NCBI GenBank assembly: GCA_036785375.1
Contig: JAWMAR010000023.1
Location: forward strand, 12,648,001-12,712,000
DNA length: 64,000 nucleotides
Direction of reading: 5' to 3'
Origin: Leucoraja ocellata
Taxonomy: Eukaryota
Shown one piece after another: positions 61,193-64,000 of this stretch. Below the pieces are notes generated by a model. It had not been told where the DNA came from. It saw only the letters and a list, made by a program, of their open reading frames with translations, and ran no database searches. The stretch's first letter is position 1. Each line of letters begins with the position of its first letter. Made by a program: the position numbers and the translations under genes.

Positions 61193-61679
61193 GTGCTGGA
61201 GTAACTCAGCGGGTGGGTCAGGCAGCATCTGTGGAGAACATGGATAGGTGACGTTTCACATAGTGCTGGAGTAACTCAGCAGGTGCAGCAGCATCTATGG
61301 AGCTAAGGAAATAGGCAACGTTTCGGGCCGAAACCCGGAAGGGTTTCGGCCCGAAACGTTGCCTATTTCCAGAAGGGTTTCGGCCCGAAACGTTGCCTAT
61401 TTCCTTAGCTCCATAGATGCTGCTGCACCATAACTCAGCGGGTGGGTCAGGCAGCATCTGTGGAGAACATGGATAGGTGACGTTTCACAGAGTGCTGGAG
61501 TAACTCAGTGGGTCAGGCAGCATCTGTGGAGAACATGGATAGGTGACGTTTCACAGAGTGCTGGAGTAACTCAGTGGGTCAGGCAGCATCTGTGGAGAAC
61601 ATGGATAGGTGACGTTTCACAGAGTGCTGGAGTAACTCAGTGGGTCAGGCAGCATCTGTGGAGAACATGGATAGGTGAC
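61193..61679 (-). repeat. 66-bp array with near-perfect fold-back cassette (61283-61428)
   Basis: Arms 'gtgcagcagcatctatggagctaaggaaataggcaacgtttcgggccgaaaccc' and its reverse complement; loop 'ggaa'. Confidence 0.93.
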
Positions 61680-61819
61680 CATAGTTCCTTTAGTTCCTTG
61701 TGTTCCCTTTGTAGGTTTCTATGAAATCCCCACTTATTCAGAGCTAGAATGAACCTTACGTCTGGCACGGTGGGCAAGGTGGGTAGAATGGCCTCTTGTT
61801 GCTGTCAGTTTGTCTGGTG

Positions 61820-61992
61820 AGAGGGTAAAGTTTAAAGGAGATGTTAGGGGCAGGATTTTGTTTGCAGTGAAGGTGGAGGTGACGGTAGATATAATTGTGG
61901 AGTTTAAAAGACTTCTGGATAGGCAGCCGGTGATGCAGGGAGTGGAGGGATATGGATCACATACAGGTTGATGCGAGTTGGTCTTGGCATCT
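61820..61992 (+). mobile_element. Old CR1-like LINE 3' fragment
   Basis: 'gtttaaaagacttctggataggca...ggagggatatggatcac', similar to 44380-44515. Confidence 0.6.
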
Positions 61993-62804
61993 TGAGAATA
62001 TAGAAGGCCATGTCTACATTCTATCTGGTGCCAGTGATCACGTGATGTTGAGAGGCAGTGTTGGTGTGGGAATGTGGGAGATTGTGGTTAGACCATGACC
62101 TGCTGTGATTCTACAGCCACAGGTGGTCCAAGGTATGGAGACAGAGGAAACAGGAAGAACAAGGAGCATATCACGCCATTACTTTGCCCCGGTGACTCTT
62201 ATCTCTCCGCGGTGTTGAGGCGAGGATTTTGTCAAACACATGTGAAGATTTTCTGATTCATCGACATGGTGAGTTATACTCACTGGTCTTGTCACAAGGA
62301 GAGGGATGTTTTCTGTTATGTCAGGTGACCCAAGAACAGCGCAAACCCTGTAAATGCAAAGAAAACAATAACACTGCCTGACAACTCTTCATCAGTATTT
62401 TGGAAACTTTTTTTTCTCTTTCACTGACTAAACTGTTTTCAAAGCGATTAAAGTCCACATTAAGCCACGGCTTCCATCCTAGGCCAGTAAAGCTGTGTAA
62501 ACACATGGAAAATGAAGAGGCTTTTGAAAGCAACCATTTGGGATCAATTAGACGTACAGTTTGGTTATTTCACCAAAGTGCTCTGGCATTCTCCGCCTTA
62601 GAGATGCAATACACACTCTGTCTAGGTAACACAAAGGTCACGGATACATGGAAAGTGCAAGAATAGTTTTGAAAGAAAAACAGAGGCCGCTCGCTGTTGA
62701 GTTGACATCAAAATATCACCAATTCCTGATTTTAAACACCTTGGAAGGAAATGCTTTGGTTTAAGTGGTTTAATCTCTTGTCAAATGTGAAAGTTATACA
62801 ATAT

Positions 62805-62930
62805 TTATGTTTAGTTTATTGTCACGTGTGGCGAGGTGCAGTGAAAGGCTTTTGTTGTGTGCTAGCCAGTCAGCGGAAAGACAACACATGATTACAATCG
62901 AGCAGGCCACAGTGTATAGATAAGGGAATT
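62805..62930 (-). mobile_element. Rex1/Babar-like LINE 3' tail
   Basis: 'gtttagtttattgtcacgtgt'. Confidence 0.75.
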
Positions 62931-63257
62931 ATTTTGATTGAGAACACACTACCAAACACAAAACATAATTGAGCCAACGGTACATTGACCTGCTTGTGCC
63001 TATATGTAGATCCAAGGGTTTGCTAAAGGTGATGAAGCTTTGTTCCAGCCTCCAGCACTGCTGCAGATCTCCATCCAAGTCCATGTCAGTTAGTTGGGCA
63101 TCATGTCCTCCCCAATCTTGTTCACTACAGTGCTGGGGAAGTATATCCTTGCTGTTTGCTTTCACTTGTATCCTTGTACACTCGACCCTAGTGCACTGGT
63201 ATTCTAGTACACTCGTACACGCGTACCCTTGCACACTCACACAAGGATCATGACAGA

Positions 63258-63271
63258 CGCCTCCTGGTGGT
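63258..63271 (-). promoter_or_regulatory. CTCF-like motif within a locally CpG-rich patch
   Basis: Reverse complement ACCACCAGGAGGCG. Confidence 0.4.
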
Positions 63272-64000
63272 GATCCCTGGAAGCAACGGCGCGATGCACT
63301 CTGTGACGCATCGGGCGACAATTCACCTGCTTCACCCCACGCCTGGAGATGAGTTACAGACGGCTTGTTGCTGTACGCGGACATGTAATTCAGATTGATA
63401 ATATACTGGCTTGTAGTGGAAGCAAGAATGAAGCCTCTGTTACCTGCAGCAGGTGACTGGATCACGGCACTCTGTCGACACCAGTGTCCACTCCAGCAGC
63501 GATCGCTGACGTTCATACTGGCATGTAACAATGCAACCAACATTGCACCTGTAATTGGCCAGCAAATGTTAACAGATATCTTTAGATTGTAAACTGTTTG
63601 CACAGGTGACCGGCTGATGGCCAGTTTACACGAGGTGTCACTCTGATTAGACAGGGGAGATAATCAGCCATGATCACATTGAATGGCGGTGCTGGCTCGA
63701 AGGGCCGAATGGCCTACTCCTGCACCAACCTTGCTCTTTACAAGCTCACTGGATAAACCCAGAATTCTCCTTTTTACTCAGGATAAAACCATTGTACTTT
63801 CCTAACAGAAAATGCTAGAAATACTCAGCAGGTCGGGCGGCATCAGTGGGGAGAGAAACAGAAAAACCTGTTCCCAGTTCTGCAGAACGGTCTTCCACAG
63901 ATGTTTCTTGGCCTGCTGTGTATTCCCAGTATTTCCCTAATAACGATGTTTCCAGACTGGACCCTCCCTCTGTGTCTGAAACATCATCTCTCCATTCCTT

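Overview
This is eukaryotic, repeat-dense, mostly non-coding vertebrate DNA with several N gaps. The repeat content points to a cartilaginous fish, probably a skate or ray (inference). It includes HE1-like tRNA-derived V-SINEs, CR1/HER1-like LINE 3' ends, Rex1/Babar LINE tails, Penelope-like (GIY-YIG) elements, and single RTE-X-like and Tx1-like fragments. I recognise no host protein-coding gene; there are only a few low-confidence orphan exon candidates and enhancer-like unique blocks. The most distinctive signal is a Penelope-derived repeat system with three linked parts. (i) Element termini carry a minimal type I hammerhead ribozyme motif, CTGAAGA-A-GGGT[CTCG]ACCC-GAAACGTC. (ii) A 66-bp unit starting at the hammerhead GAAACGTC is tandemly amplified at about 12 dispersed loci. 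(iii) A ~135-145 bp fold-back cassette, inverted beside hammerhead stem II, is embedded in 7 of these arrays with shared junctions, implying a composite non-autonomous mobile unit. Boundaries of decayed repeats are approximate (about +/-20 bp).
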